Assembly: GCA_964016885.1 (NCBI GenBank)
Contig: OZ024740.1
Coordinates: 155,248,001-155,312,000, forward strand
From: Eledone cirrhosa
Taxonomy: Eukaryota
DNA length: 64,000 bases
Direction: 5' to 3'
Within the stretch, counting starts at the first letter, position 1. Every line of letters begins with the position of its first letter. A program made the translations under genes and the position numbers. The notes beneath the pieces are model-generated. The model was not told the DNA's origin. It worked only from the letters and a program-made list of their open reading frames with translations, and searched no databases. Positions 10,727-24,349 of the stretch are shown in pieces.

Positions 10727-13019
10727 TGCTGAGGAAAGAAAGTTCAAGCATGTTCTACAACGCGATGACCAAAAACGTGAGGTGTTCAGGATTGCTAGGC
10801 AATGCGTCAAGGAAAACCGTGATATTGTCGGGGAGAAGTGTGTACTAAACGACGATGGCACACTTGCCATCACCGACGCTGATAAGAAGGTAGCTTGGAA
10901 GTGTCACTATGAAAGGCTACTAAATGAGGAGAATAAATGGGAGAAAGACAGTCTCCCCCATATCGACCCAATAGAGGGACCAGCAGTGTTAGTCGAGGGG
11001 AGTATAATAAGTAAGGCAATCAAGGATATGAAGACGGGTAAGGCAGCTGGGCCTTCGGAAATAGTTGCTGAGATGCTGAAGGCATCTGGCACGGTGGGAC
11101 ACACCATGGTCACCCGCATAGTTAACCAAGTCGTACAGAATGGGGTTGTTCCGAAGGACTGGCATAGCAGCATCATCGTTAACTGTTATAAGGGTAAAGG
11201 AGACGCCCTAGATAGGAGTAACTATAGAGGCATTAAATTAATCGACCAGGTCATGAAGGTCACGGAAAAAGTAATAGCGCAACTAATCAGAGAGAGAATT
11301 GACCTAGATGAAATGCAGTTCGGGTTTGTGTCAGGCAAAAGTACCACAGACGCTCTTTTCATAGTACGACAACTACAGGATAAGTACCTAGCTAAAGGTA
11401 AACCCCTCTACTTAGCTTTTGTCGACTTGGAGAAAGCCTTCGACAGAGTCCCCCACTCCATTATCTGGTGGGCTCTTAGAAAACTAGGCGTTGACGAATG
11501 GCTTGTGAGGGCTATACAAGCCATGTATAAAGAAACAGTCAGCAAGGTTAGAATTAACAACGAATATAGTGAAGAGTTTAGCGTAAAAGTTGGCGTCCAT
11601 CATGGCTCTGTTCTCAGCCCCCTACTATTTATTATTGCCCTTCAGGCTATAACAGAGGAGTTCAAGACAGGCTGCCCATGGGAACTCCTATACGCAGACG
11701 ACCTGACACTCATAGCGGAATCAATGGCCGAGCTAGAGAAGAAATTCCAAACATGGAAGCACGGCCTAGAGTCAAAAGGACTTAAAATTAACCTGGCTAA
11801 GACCAAAGTTCTAGTTTGTAGGAAAGAAAACAAGGCGGCGATCCCTTCTGGGAAATGGTCGTGCTCGGTGTGTAGGAAAGGCGTAGGTAGAAACTCCATT
11901 TTATGTCCTAAATGCAAAGTATGGGTGCATAAAAGATGTAGTGGGATCACAGGTAAGCTAACTAAGAACATAGATTTTACATGTGGCCGGTGTTCTGGTG
12001 CAATAAGTAGCAGCAAGTGCCCACAAAATACTAGCTCTTTCAATTGCGCAGAGGGTTCTATAGAAATAGTGGACAGCTTCCGTTACCTGGGCGATAAAAT
12101 CAGCAGTCGGGGAGGGTGCTCTGAAAGTACTGTAGCTAGAGTCAGAACTGGTTGGAAAAAGTTCAGAGAGCTTATACCACTATTAGCTGCTAAAGGGTTC
12201 TCCCTAAAAATGAAAGGCAGGTTGTACGATGCCTGCATACGAACAGCAATGCTGCATGGCAGTGAGACCTGGGCATTGTGTGCAGAGGATATACGCAGAC
12301 TAGAGAGGAACGAAGCTTGCATGCTCCGCTGGATGTGTAACAGTAATATACGTGAACGGCAAAGCATAAACGAAGGAAAAAATTAGAGATAAGAGGGATC
12401 AGATGTTGTTTACTCGAGAGAAGGCTACGTTGGTATGGACACGTGATGCGCATGAAAGTCGATAGCTGTATAACAAAGTGCAGGGCAATAAAGATAGACG
12501 GTAGTCACGGAATAGGCAGACCTAGAAAAACCTGGGACGAGCTGATAAACTCCGACATCACACACTTACACCTCTCCAAGACAATGTCACTGGACCGAGA
12601 CCTTTGGCGGTACTCTGTAACAGAGAAGACCCGCCTTACCTAAATATATAGTAAAACCTACTCCAGCCAGTAGGCATCTCTAACAAATACACCCCGTCCC
12701 ACCACCACCACCCCCACCCCATCCACACCACCCCGTTCTATGTAAAGTTATGTTGGTGCCGCGCCATCCAGGCCGAAACAAATGAGATCGTGTAGGTGTC
12801 ACGACAAAAAAACACACAGTCCACGCTGTAATGTGGCCGTGTAGGCAACACGGTAAAAACCTCCCAGACCCACACTGTAAATGTGGTTGGTGTTAGGAAG
12901 GGCATCCAACTGTAGAAAACCTGCCAGACAGTCCTATGCGAGCAAGACAATCACTCTTGCCTCAAGTGGGACTACCCCCGTCCAAACCCATGCAAGTGTG
13001 GAACACGGACGTTAAACGT

Positions 13020-13050
<31 letters not shown>
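10727..13050 (+). mobile_element. RTE family B LINE, 5'-truncated, RT plus PHD finger, frameshifted near 12372
   Basis: ORF 10782..12386 has QFGF, AFVDLEKAFDRV, GSVLSPLLF and YADD. A 4-bp deletion relative to the copy at 37861-37890 breaks the frame. (GAT)n tail. Confidence 0.97.
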
Positions 13051-13054
13051 ATAT

Positions 13055-14275
13055 AGAACTAGAGAATAAATTCCAAACCTGGGAGCAGGGACTAGAGAGA
13101 AAGGGCCTCAAAGTCAACATGACAAAGACTAAGGTCCTTGTAAGTAGATGAGAAAACAGAACCCAGATCCCCTCAGGGAAATGGCCTTGCTCAGTATGTA
13201 GGAAAGGTGTAGGTAGGAACTCCATTCTCTGCCCCAAATGCAAACAATGGGTACACAAGAGATGTAGCGGGATCTCAGGAAGCTTAATTAAGAATGTAGG
13301 ATTCACATGCAGCAGCTGTGCTGAAACAGCAAGCAAACAGCCACAGGAAACAAGTACCACCAATCTCTGGGAGGGCCCTGTAGAAACAGTAGACAGCTTC
13401 TGCTACCTAGGTGACCGAATTAGCAGCGGAGGTGGGTGCTCAGAAAGTACAATAACTAGGGTAAGAACGGGATGGAAGAAGTTTAGGGAACTACTACCAC
13501 TGCTAGCTGCAAAAGGCTTCTCCCTCAGAATGAAAGGCAGACTGTATGATGCGTGTATCCGAACAGCGATGTTGCATGGTAGTGAGACCTGGGCGCTGAA
13601 GGTGGAAGACTTACGTAGATTAGAGAGAAACGAAGCCTGCATGCTCCGATGGATGTGTAACAGTAATATACGTGAACGACAAAGCATAAAGGAATTGAGA
13701 GAGAGACTGAGCATAAGAGGAATCAAATGCTGCGTGCAGGAGAGGCGGTTACGCTGGTATGGACATGTGATGCGTATGAAGGATGACAGCTGCATAAAAA
13801 GGTGCAGAGCACTAGAAGTTGATGGAAACCGCGGAGTGGGGAGACCCAAGATGACTTGGGATGAGGTGATAAAAGCCGACCTTACCCAACTACACCTCTC
13901 AAAGTCAATGACACACGACCGTGACTTCTGGCGTCACGCAGTAATACAGGGTACCCGACCTCCCATGGGTACATGCTGAAGCATATAAACAATATGCCCC
14001 CACTCCTCCCCACCGCAAGGTGGTCGTGGAGGTGCCACGGCAAAAAAGCACCCAGCCCACACTGTAAAGTGGACGTGTAGGCGCCACGAAAAAGCACCCA
14101 GCACTCACTGTAAATGAGGTTGGTGTTAGGAAGGGCATCCAGCTGTAGAAATCAAGCCAGACCAGTTCCTGTATGAGCAAGGCATGGTCAGCCGACCAGA
14201 CACTGCACACAACAGGACAACCCGTCTAACCCATGCTAGCGTGGGAGAACGGACGTAAAACGGTGATGATGATGA

Positions 14276-14279
<4 letters not shown>
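13055..14279 (+). mobile_element. RTE family A, 5'-truncated
   Basis: Near-identical to 32465-33680, with a CGA to TGA change near 13149. Confidence 0.97.
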
Positions 14280-14325
<46 letters not shown>

Positions 14326-14356
14326 TACACACACTATATATATATATATATATATA

Positions 14357-16476
14357 TTCTACACACACTACCAGCCCACGTCTGCAGCTCAAAGGAAGTC
14401 TTGGAGCGACTACACCATCTGGCGCCCAACACCAGAAAGGACAACGGTTATGCCTTCAGTCTTGATGTGGTCGCCCTTTATACCTCCGTACCAGCATCCC
14501 CAGCTGTCGACCTGTTGACCGAACGAGTCCGAGCATCTAACTTACACTGCTTCGAACTCACACACACGGACATCCACCAACTCCTCTCCTTCGTTGTGGA
14601 TAATGCACTCTTCAATTTCCTCGGCCACACGTACAAACAAATCTCTGGGCTACCTATGGGCTCTAGTCTGTCCGGCATACTTGCGATCTCGTACATGGAC
14701 CACCTGGAACGCAAGGCACTCAATACCTGCCAACCCAACGCCGTCGCCTTCTACTCCAGATACGTTGATGATATCCTGATACTTACTTCTTCCCGGGAGA
14801 TGGCGAATGAAATTCACCAAATCTTCAACGATACTGACCAACACATCGATTTCACCATCGAACACCCAGGAGAAGACGGGTCACTCGCCCTCCTCGACTT
14901 CCGTATCAACATCTCGGAAGAAGGAGACATAAACACCACTTTCTACCGCAAAGCAGCGTGCAAGGACTTATTTGTGCATTATAACTCAGCCCTCCCCAAC
15001 AACGCTAAGAGAGGCTATGTCCTAAATGAACTGACACGGATCACTAACAGATGCAGCGACCCGATGGGTGGTCTCACCCATACCACGCAATTCCGTAATC
15101 TACTCAGATCTAATGGTTATCCCAAGCGACTGATTAACGGAATTAGAGACCCCAGACCCAGTAGACTGACACCCACTAGAAAACTTAATATTAGCAGGTG
15201 CTTCTTTAAAATCCCCCACCTGAGTGAATATACCATGAACGCCATCCGCAGGGCCATACGGACGGAGGGACTTGACATACATTTGGCCCACACAGGACCT
15301 TCGCTGCGAAGATGCCTCTCCAACAAACCCTACGAGGCAGATGGGACGTGTTCCCTCAGCAACTGCCCGATACGGGGGGCAGATTGCCTACGCACCTATG
15401 TCGTATATAAGATTCAATGCGATAAATGTAACAAGTTTTACATAAGTAGCACCATCCGACCCCTACATGTTCGTATCAAGGAACATATCAACACCAACGC
15501 ATCTTCCTTCCGTAAACATATCCTTAAATGCGGAAACCCACAGGGTAGACCCTTGGTCACAGTCCTAACGACTGAACGCAGCATCGGATCCTTAAGGATA
15601 AAGGAAGCACTTGTTATTAAGAACCTCAGACCCCCACTTAACAACCGGGCTGAGAGAAATGAGCTGACATGGCTAACTTAACCATAATGACCATTCACAG
15701 CCTACGGCCTGCTATCTTCACACACACGCACGTATATGCATACCCATACGCATGCACACACACTTCTATATTTTACACGCACACATGTTTTTACAACCTA
15801 CCACCTTTCACACCCTTTGATTTCCAGCTTCTACAGCCCACTATCTTTCACACACAAACGCACTCACACATATACACACACAGTTACACACACACATGTA
15901 TACCCATACGCTTACACACACACACATCTATATTTATACACGCACACATATTTTACAACCTACCACCTTTCACACCCTTTGATTTCCAACTTCTACAGCC
16001 CACTATCTTTCACACACACACACACTCACACATATACACACTTACACTTATACACACACAGTCACACACACATATATATTTACATACACATATCTTACGG
16101 CTTTCACACGCTAACGCACCCTCTTGATTTAACCCATTTGGTCAGTAGCTTTTGCCACAGCTTATCACGCGCACGCACATTCTTTCCTTCGTTTAAATTT
16201 TAAATATTTTTCTCCCCATAACGGCATTCCTGTCTTAACGACATCACCACTTTCTCCGCTTGGCCTGTTTTCCCCCCTTTTGGAACTTTTCCCCCGTTGA
16301 TGGGCGTGAGCCCGAAATATTGGGATTAAATCTCTACTACGGTAACCCTTCTACCTTTGTTTTGTTTTCATCTTTGTCTCTCTCAACTTTCACTTTCACC
16401 TGTTTTTCCTATCTATATTTCACTTCCTACCTCGAGATTTCCCTTTGCATTGTTGTGGCTTTCTTAAATACGTATG

Positions 16477-16480
<4 letters not shown>
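14357..16480 (+). mobile_element. Penelope-like element (RT plus C-terminal GIY-YIG, Naiad-like), 5'-truncated, in (TA)n
   Basis: ORF to 15681 has SLDVVALYTSVP, GLPMGS, RYVDD, Cys knuckle CSLSNC and VVYKIQCDKCNKFYISST (YIG changed to YIS). CA-rich 3' region with an internal duplication, then pLTR. Confidence 0.93.
16290..16325 (+). ncRNA. Non-canonical minimal hammerhead-like motif in PLE pLTR
   Basis: TCCC-CCGTTGAT-GGGC(GTGA)GCCC-GAAA-TATT-GGGA. Topology matches a type I hammerhead, but the core differs from CUGANGA at positions 4 and 6. Confidence 0.55.
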
Positions 16481-16511
<31 letters not shown>

Positions 16512-16516
<5 letters not shown>

Positions 16517-16853
16517 GGCACATGACTTAGTGGTTAGAACATTGGCCTTGAAATCGAAAGGTTGTGAGTTCAATTCTCAGACCGGGTGATGTGTTGTTTC
16601 CTTGAGCAAGACACTTTATTTCACATTGCTCCAGTTTACTCAGCTGTAGAAATGAGATGATAGGGACTGGGGTCCATATCATTCCACTGCAAAGTGGCCG
16701 TGCAGGTGCCACGTAAAAAAAAGCACCCACCACTCACTGTAAATGAGGTTGGTGTTAGGAAGGGCATCCAGCTGTAGAAATCAAGCCAAAATCAGTTCCT
16801 GTCCCACCCTTGCAAGCAGGGAAAAAGCGGAAGTAAAATGAAAAAATGAAATG

Positions 16854-16855
<2 letters not shown>
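16512..16855 (+). mobile_element. tRNA-headed CORE-SINE with RTE-derived 3' tail (also 44330-44676, 46535-46920, 53352-53685, 58205-58327 minus)
   Basis: A/B boxes (TTAGTGG...GAGTTCAATTC), CORE-like CCTTGAGCAAGACACTT...CAGTTTACTCAGCTGTAGAAATG, and a tail shared with the RTE-A 3' UTR. Confidence 0.88.
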
Positions 16856-16884
<29 letters not shown>

Positions 16885-19839
16885 TATTTATATATGTATG
16901 TGTGTAATTTAGTTGCCACGAACAATACATCCCACAGTACATATATACTGCAAGAATGCTTGCAGTATATATCATACTTAAAATATAGTTTGGCTTGGCA
17001 TCAGAAACAGGAGACTGCTTTCTTTAAAAAATCTCATCCAACCCATGCAAGTATGGAAAAAGCAAACATGATGATGATGATGATGATGATAATGATAATA
17101 TAGAAATATATCAAAAGGAATCCCCAGATTATGAACAATATATATAAAGATATCAAATAAATGCATCATAAAATATGCATACATATTGCATAGAATAAAT
17201 ATATTAGCAAATATATCTGTCTATATATATATATTTATCTCATATCATAATATAAGATAAATATATTATGAAATATATCCTTATCTGTATGTTATGAAGT
17301 AAATATATTAAATACAGTGTAAGACTTCAATATAAAATATTTTTATTATCTAATATCTATTTCTATATCCTAAGAAATATATGTATTGCAATATATATGT
17401 AGATGTATATTATATGAAATAACATATATTTTGAAACCAGGAAATACTGTATTAAATTTGAATGCGTGAGTGATGTGCAAGTGTTTACATGCATGAATAT
17501 ATGAAGTTAAATATATATATGTTAATGAACGTGTGAGTGTGCTTGTGAATGTATGAATGAATGTATGTAGATGAATATACATATGTCAGTAAATGTATAT
17601 ATGTAGTTATGTTATCAGAGGTTGTGAATTGGCAGAGGCATTAGAATATTGGATAGAATCCTTTTTGGTATTCGTTCTGCTACTTTGCACTCTCTGAGTT
17701 CAAATCCCACTGAGATCAACTTTACCTTTCATCTTTTCAAGGTTCATAAAAAAAAGTAACATTCCAGTAATGGGACCATTGCATCCTCTGTATATTTTTC
17801 TCATCTCTCTACCACTCTTTCAACTTCTCTGTAAGAAATCAGCTGTGTTCAAACCTGGAGAGGGAATGGACTCTACCAGGTTTAAAGTGCCCAACACGTG
17901 CCGTACATCACAACAGTTCCCCTATGACTCCATCAGGAGTCCATTGATACAGCTATGTTATCATAAACCCAAATCCTAAATACTTCCTAAATGGTACATT
18001 AAATTACTGATTCATATCTCGCTAAAACCATACATACCAGACTCAAAGTTAAGGGTAGGAAACATTCTTATTTGATCAAGTTACATACAAGATATCATTT
18101 TTCTGATATAATTTTTCAGACTTTTTTTTTACTGCTTAACCAGAGAGAGAAATTCAGTGCCTCTGTCCCTTTATTTTTTCAGGGCTTCCAACATTGATGG
18201 GAGGAAAGGAGAAAGTTTTCCTTAAACCAGAGACCTGGCTTAAGTGTTTACAATAGAATGATTTCTGCTAAAGTCATCCAACGACCAGGAGGTGGTGTTA
18301 AACTATGTGGTAGATTAAGTCTGCCACCCAAAGAATTCAGAATGCAAAGACCAAGGTATCCCATCTGTGGCTCTAACAAGAGCTGGAACAAATGCCACAA
18401 TGTATTTTGTCTTACACTTGACAACTCTGTCAATTCTCTTTAGAAATAAGAGATTTTTTCATATTGCCATGATAAAATGTCCCTATCCAACTCTGTAAAG
18501 TGGTAGTGCCTACCCTATAAGCTGGCAGTGGTAGTGCCACAATAAAAAAAACACCCAGTTCACATTGTATGGTGATAGTGCTGGTGCTACAATAAAGGCA
18601 CCCAATCCAAGCTGTAACTGTGGAAGCACGGGTAACATGACAAAAGCCCCCAATTCACCTTGTAATTGTAGTAGGGGCAGAGTCATGATACAATGCTTCC
18701 AGTACACACTATAAAGTAGCTGGTGTTATGAAGGGCATCCAGTCAGAGAAACCAAGACACTAATGAAGCATACAGGCAAAACATGGTCTCCTGACCATTC
18801 TGTACGTGACAGCTTCTCTAACCAATGTAAGAAAAAAAAAAAATAGACGTTAAACAGTGGTGGTGGTGGTGATAATGATGTTGATGATGTTGACACAACA
18901 TTCATGCAAATAACCTAATACTACTTTAAAACAGAATTAGTTTCTCTTCATAATCCTATTTGTTTTGTCTGTTTTTTAAAAGCTGAGTCAGGGCGCAAAG
19001 GGCAGTGCAGTGTTCATGACTCTTGACTCTTTTCAGGATTTCCTAGTTAGGTAACAGGGAAGGAAGACAATATCCTCAAACCAGAGACATAAATCGAATG
19101 TTTGCAATAGATAGCACTCTCTGCTTATTTGCACCCAATTGCTAAGTGGTAGTGATAAAACAGGTGCTGAATTAAGTTTACCACCCAAGTAGGCCATATT
19201 AGGATTTGAAATCAGCATGCAAAGAACCAAATCAAATACCATAAGGTATCAAGTTTGACACTCTAAAAAATTCCTCCAATCCATAGCACTGGAGTGGTGC
19301 TTGATTTTAGTGACCCCGGAATGATGAAAGTCATGTTTGACATAGGCAAGACTTGATCTCAGAGTGATTGCAGTGAGGTGGGATGAATATCAGAAAGCAT
19401 TTTGTTTTATGCTCTAACACCTATGCCAATTTGCTACCTATTAAATTTCTTTTTAGGGCATAAAAGATTTTTTTTTCTTTTCATTATTTATATCACTACA
19501 ACATTTATGCAAACATACTTAAGGTGAGTGTAAACAACCTAATTCTGCTTTGGAACAAAAACTGGCTTCTCCTAATAACCTAAATGTAATTAATTCTTTA
19601 TATTCCCAGTCAGTCAGTTTCAGTTCAACAGGTGTATTTGTCTACTGAAAATAAAGTTGATATTCATACAAAGGCATACTTTGATCTATTGTAAATATGT
19701 ATCAAGGGAAAGTTGTTGATGTTGTTTAACCCCATGTCAGCACTAATGATGCAGTCATGTAATCAAAAGCCTTTCTGTATTTTTAAATGTATCCAGGACT
19801 GCATAGGAACGGGTATTCTGTGTATCCTGGGTATTCAGT

Positions 19840-20200
19840 CATTTGAACACAAGTGCTACAAATGGCTGCTACACTTGCATCTTATGCCAGATCTTTGTCA
19901 GATAGCAAGTCACCAAATGTCCTGGCAGACAAGACCACGTTCTGTTATAGGGAAAAGATGAAAGCTTGCTTAGTATCAACAGGTATGCACCCTTGTCCAA
20001 AACCATACTCCAGCTCCAGAGCACAGTTAAAGGAAGGTGAGGAAGAGGTAAATAGAGAAAACCCTGGTCCAAACACGTCAAGGAAGGACTGGACATATCT
20101 CAACAACATAGAAGGATCACTAGCAATTGCTGACTGCCAACACATCTAGAGTGTCACCCCAGACATTAGCTGCATCAGTTATGCAAAGATGATGATGACA
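19840..20200 (+). mobile_element. Old degenerate RTE 3' fragment (different subfamily)
   Basis: Traces of TIL..TVKGRxGRG and KDWT, (GAT)n tail. Confidence 0.55.
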
Positions 20201-20400
20201 TGATGTAATGCTTTTTTTCCCTTTTATTAAGACAAAATGGTGTGCTATTTCTATAGATTAGAGCAACTCTATAGAGGCTTGCTTGTTGGCACAGAGTTCT
20301 TTTGAAGAAAGCAGTATGTTCTGAGAGAAAGCTTGCTGTCTCATATAAAAAAAACGAACTGCAATATTATAATATTATAATATAATGAATATAATGAAAA

Positions 20401-20750
20401 TATTGTGTACAGTGCTCAGGTGCACTACAACTCATCAAAAGTATATGTATAGTACATAGGGTAATGTACAAATGTCAGGAAAATGAATAGAGCATGAGTC
20501 ATGATATACACATGCGTGTATGTGTATGGAAGGGGGACATCAGGTGTAGTTTTGGCGAATTCCGGGAAGCATGAGGGTTTTAAAGGATGCAGTGTCTCGG
20601 CAGCTAACAAATGACGCAGGCAGTTTGTTCCATGCTTCAGCAACTCTAAGCGTGAAAAAATGTTTCTGAAAGTCATGGGAGCTGTGCTGTTTTCTGACTT
20701 TGTAGGCATGTCCACGTGTGTTAGACACATGAAGATCAAAAAGGTGCTCA
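20401..20750 (-). mobile_element. CR1 LINE 3' fragment
   Basis: TRGHAYKVRK..FFTLRVAEAWNKLP. Same family as 49398-51395. Confidence 0.9.
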
Positions 20751-21095
20751 GTGGAAGTCCAACATTTTATGAAAACACTTCAGCTCAGTGTGTGTTATAG
20801 TAATTACCGGTATATGTGGTTTATAGCAATGTGAGATTATAACAAAATTATAATATATGAAAATAATATCAAAATAGTATGGTATGATAGATGTTTTGAT
20901 TTTGTTTTAGGTTTTATTGCTTAACTGTATGGATATTTAAACAAAGAGCTAAACAGATAGGTTGTTAGACAGAGAGAACGATAGACAGATCAACAGGCAG
21001 ATAAATAGACAGTTCTGCAGAAAAAAACATTAGTCACTTTGCATGAAGTATATCAATTTGAATGAAGAATCAGTGATAGAATAAGACACACTTAC

Positions 21096-21174
21096 CTAAA
21101 TGCTCTGTGAACTGCCTGATTGGGAGAAGGGTCGCCAGGAATACACTGGCACAGCTAACAAACACCATTTCAAT
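21096..21174 (-). CDS. Exon D of the NEF1-like membrane protein gene (79 nt, phase 0 to 1)
   Basis: Acceptor TGTCTATTTGATAG, donor TAG|GTAAGT. IEMVFVSCASVFLATLLPIRQFTEHL(G). Phases match both neighbours. Confidence 0.88.
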
Positions 21175-21203
21175 CTATCAAATAGACAAGTCTCAAGTTA
21201 ATG

Positions 21204-21258
<55 letters not shown>

Positions 21259-21798
21259 CAGTAGTAGTAGTAGTAATGATGATGATGATATGTGCATGTG
21301 TATCCACTGTTCTATTAACTATCATTCATACTTAAATATTTTTGAAAAGATGACATGGGATAGACACATCTGAAATGTTATTGATCATAAATCTGCTCAA
21401 TTAAATTTCCACAGGGAGAAAACAGCAACAATCTCAACATTTCAACACTTGCAATGCCATATGTCTAATGAAAGATACTGCCTATAGTGTTCAAATCATT
21501 TTTTAAATAATCAAAGATTTGGAGGGATTTAGTAATATAACCAACTTTCTCATTATTAAGGTCCTTGTGTAAATATATGATGGAAGGTTTTTAAAAATAT
21601 ATATAAACATTATATAAACAAACAGTTTTGTATCATAGAATTAGAGGCAATCTCAGGCAGTTTGTTATAAAAAGGGTTACAAGAGCTCTTGTGAAGGTCA
21701 TAAGATACAGGCTCTCTTCTTAAGACTAACTTATTCCAACACTAACAAAAGATAAAAAAAAAGAAAGATAAAAACAAAGACAAAAATAAACAACATAC

Positions 21799-21991
21799 CA
21801 GGAAACTTGCTGAGAAAATTGTGAGATCCTTTGACAAGATTGAAGCGGAGAAGAATAAGAATATTGGTGAAAATATGTATAAGAATGTCATGAGCCCTGT
21901 TAATAAAGGATCTATTATGTTGTCTTCTTGTCCCATGTGCATCCGGAAAGATGAGGCTGTAGGAACTAAAAATAACTGGAGAAGACCAAAC
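21799..21991 (-). CDS. Exon C of the NEF1-like membrane protein gene (193 nt, phase 2 to 0)
   Basis: Acceptor TTTCTTTTCCAG, donor CTG|GTATGT. FGLLQLFLVPTASSFRMHMGQEDNIIDPLLTGLMTFLYIFSPIFLFFSASILSKDLTIFSASFL. Confidence 0.9.
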
Positions 21992-22012
21992 CTGGAAAAG
22001 AAATAATAATAT

Positions 22013-22670
22013 TAATTGTTTCTACTTTTGGCACAAGGCCAGCAATTACCCAGTGCATTACTGGTACTTTATTTTATTGACCCCGTAAGGATGAAAGGCA
22101 AAGTTAGCCTCAGTGGGATTTGAACTCAGATCATAAAGGGACATAACTCTATGCTTCAAAGCATGGTGTCCGACTCTCTACCGATACTGCCAATCCACCT
22201 ATATATAAGAAATAATAATATTAATAATAGTTTTTTATATAGGCACAAGGCCAGCAATTTTGGGGGAGGGGAAAGTCGATTAAATCAACTCCTCCAGTAC
22301 GTTACTGGTACTTTATTTTATCAACCCCATAAGGATGAAGTGCAAAGCTAACCCCAGCAGGATTTGAACTCAGAACGTAAAGGGTCATAACTCAATGCTG
22401 CAAAGCATGGTGTCCAACATTCTATCGATTTTACCAATCCACCACCCTAATAATAATATTAGCCATAACAATAATTGTTTCTACTTTTGGCAGAAGGCCA
22501 GCAATTAACCCAGTGCATTACTGGTGCTTTATTTTATCGACCCCACAAGGATGAAACGCAAAGTTAACCTCGGCCGGATTTGAACACAGACCGTAAAGGG
22601 CCATAACTCTATGCATCAAAGCATGGTGTCCGACCCTCAACCAATACTGCCAATCCACTGCCCTATTACT
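22013..22670 (-). mobile_element. Three tandem Meta-type SINE copies abutting the exon C acceptor
   Basis: Three consecutive copies at 22013-22200, 22225-22445 and 22470-22665, with (TTA)n tails. Confidence 0.88.
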
Positions 22671-24120
22671 AATAATAACAATAATAGTAACAAGAACAAA
22701 GAAAATAATGAATAATAGAAACTGGTAGTATTGATAGTGCATCAGACAAAATGCCTTGCAGTATTTAGTCACAACTTTTTATAGAATCAAACCCATGACC
22801 TTATAATTGTGAGTGTAAAATCCTAACCACTAAGCTATGTGCCTTTACATGCAATTTTAGAGATGGAACAGTCAGTTATATCAACCCAGTATTTGGCTGG
22901 TACTTTATGATATTAGCCCAAATAGAAGGATGAATGACCTCCCTTGGTAACAATGAAGAGTGTTCTAGCTGTTTGATCAACAGGATAGCCAGCTCATGAA
23001 ATTAACATGCAAGTAACTGAACATTCCACTGACAAGCGCACTCATGATGTAGTTTTCAGGGAGATTCAGCATGTCACATTGTGTGATAAGAATGACCATT
23101 TGAATTCCAAGTATAACTCGTTTTTTTTCCAGCTGAGTGAATTGGAGCAACATGAAATCATGACATACTGCTGAGAGTCAAACTCATGACCTTATATCAT
23201 AAGCTGAGCACACTGACCACTAAGCCACCCAATTTCATACACACACACAGACATTCTCTCTCTCTTTCTCTCTGTCCAGCCAGTTTCATAGAATTATTCA
23301 ATCACCTGCCTCTGGCTGGTTTTCTGGGCAGGAAAACATTATAAAAACAATTACAACAAAAGCAACAACTAAAATAATCAATGATATTTTTAGATTAAAA
23401 TAATGTTCAATGTAGTTTAAACAGTGCATGTAATTGGAGAGTATTCTATTCTGTATTCTGTAGATTTGAATTTGATTTATAGAGAGGGAGGGGAGAAAGA
23501 GATCAAGAGTAAAACAGAGATATCTAAAGAGCAAGAATGGAGATGGAGGGAGAGAAAGAGGGTTTGAAGCAGAGAGATCAAAGAGAGATAGATGGAGAGA
23601 AAAATGGTGAGGGAAAATAAGAAAATTAGTTGTGATAATTGCAAAATGTAACTGCAATGCATATCTAAAAAAATCAAGAAAAAAAAATCCTCTCCAAAAA
23701 ACAGAAAAAAATTAAAAACAAAACAAAAACAACACACACACACCACAAACATAATTTAGATTTTTAAAAATGGCATGAATTAAGGTAAAACGGACAGCTA
23801 AATTATTTCAGAGATTTATTCTTCATTTAAAAAAAAAAAAAAATTCTTCTGTTCAGCTATGAAGAGCGAAATATTTAGCAATGTTTTTTGACTTTCCTTT
23901 TTTTTTTTTAGATGGGGTGGAATGATGTACAATGGGAGGGGGGAGGGGGGATATGTTATTTGTTAAATAAAGCAAAGCTAACAACAACAAAGTGTAAAAG
24001 AAAGAAAAAAAAACTCTTCATAATAAGAAATTAAAAGAATGTGGCAGTGGAAACAGAATAAAATAAATAACAACACTGAGTGATGTAAAATTTCAATAAG
24101 GTGTAGGTAAGGCTGCCTGA

Positions 24121-24349
24121 TTAACCCTTTAGCATTTAATCCGGGTGTATCTGGCCATAATTCTCTTACCTCTTTCAATTCAAACCAGCCATAACCGGCT
24201 GCTCATACTGATGTTAAGGTGTTGTTCTCAAAATAAATAATATCAAAATCCCGTAGATTCCATATTATATGAAATAATTATGAGAGGTAAAGCCTTTACT
24301 GTGAAAATATAATGGTAAATATAGGGTAATGTAAATGCTAAAGGGTTAA
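24121..24349. mobile_element. piggyBac-like MITE with TTAA target site
   Basis: TTAA-CCCTTTAGCATTTA ... TAAATGCTAAAGGG-TTAA. More copies at 39994-40519. Confidence 0.8.

Noticed and set aside
16515-16585. tRNA-like sequences here and at 46540, 53355 and 58255
   Set aside because: They continue into CORE and RTE tail sequence, so they are SINE heads rather than tRNA genes.
23306-23323. 18-nt microexon-like segment (CCTGCCCAG...GTGATT, minus)
   Set aside because: Weak donor. In phase 2 it would insert KPARGR into a hydrophobic segment, and there is no other support.
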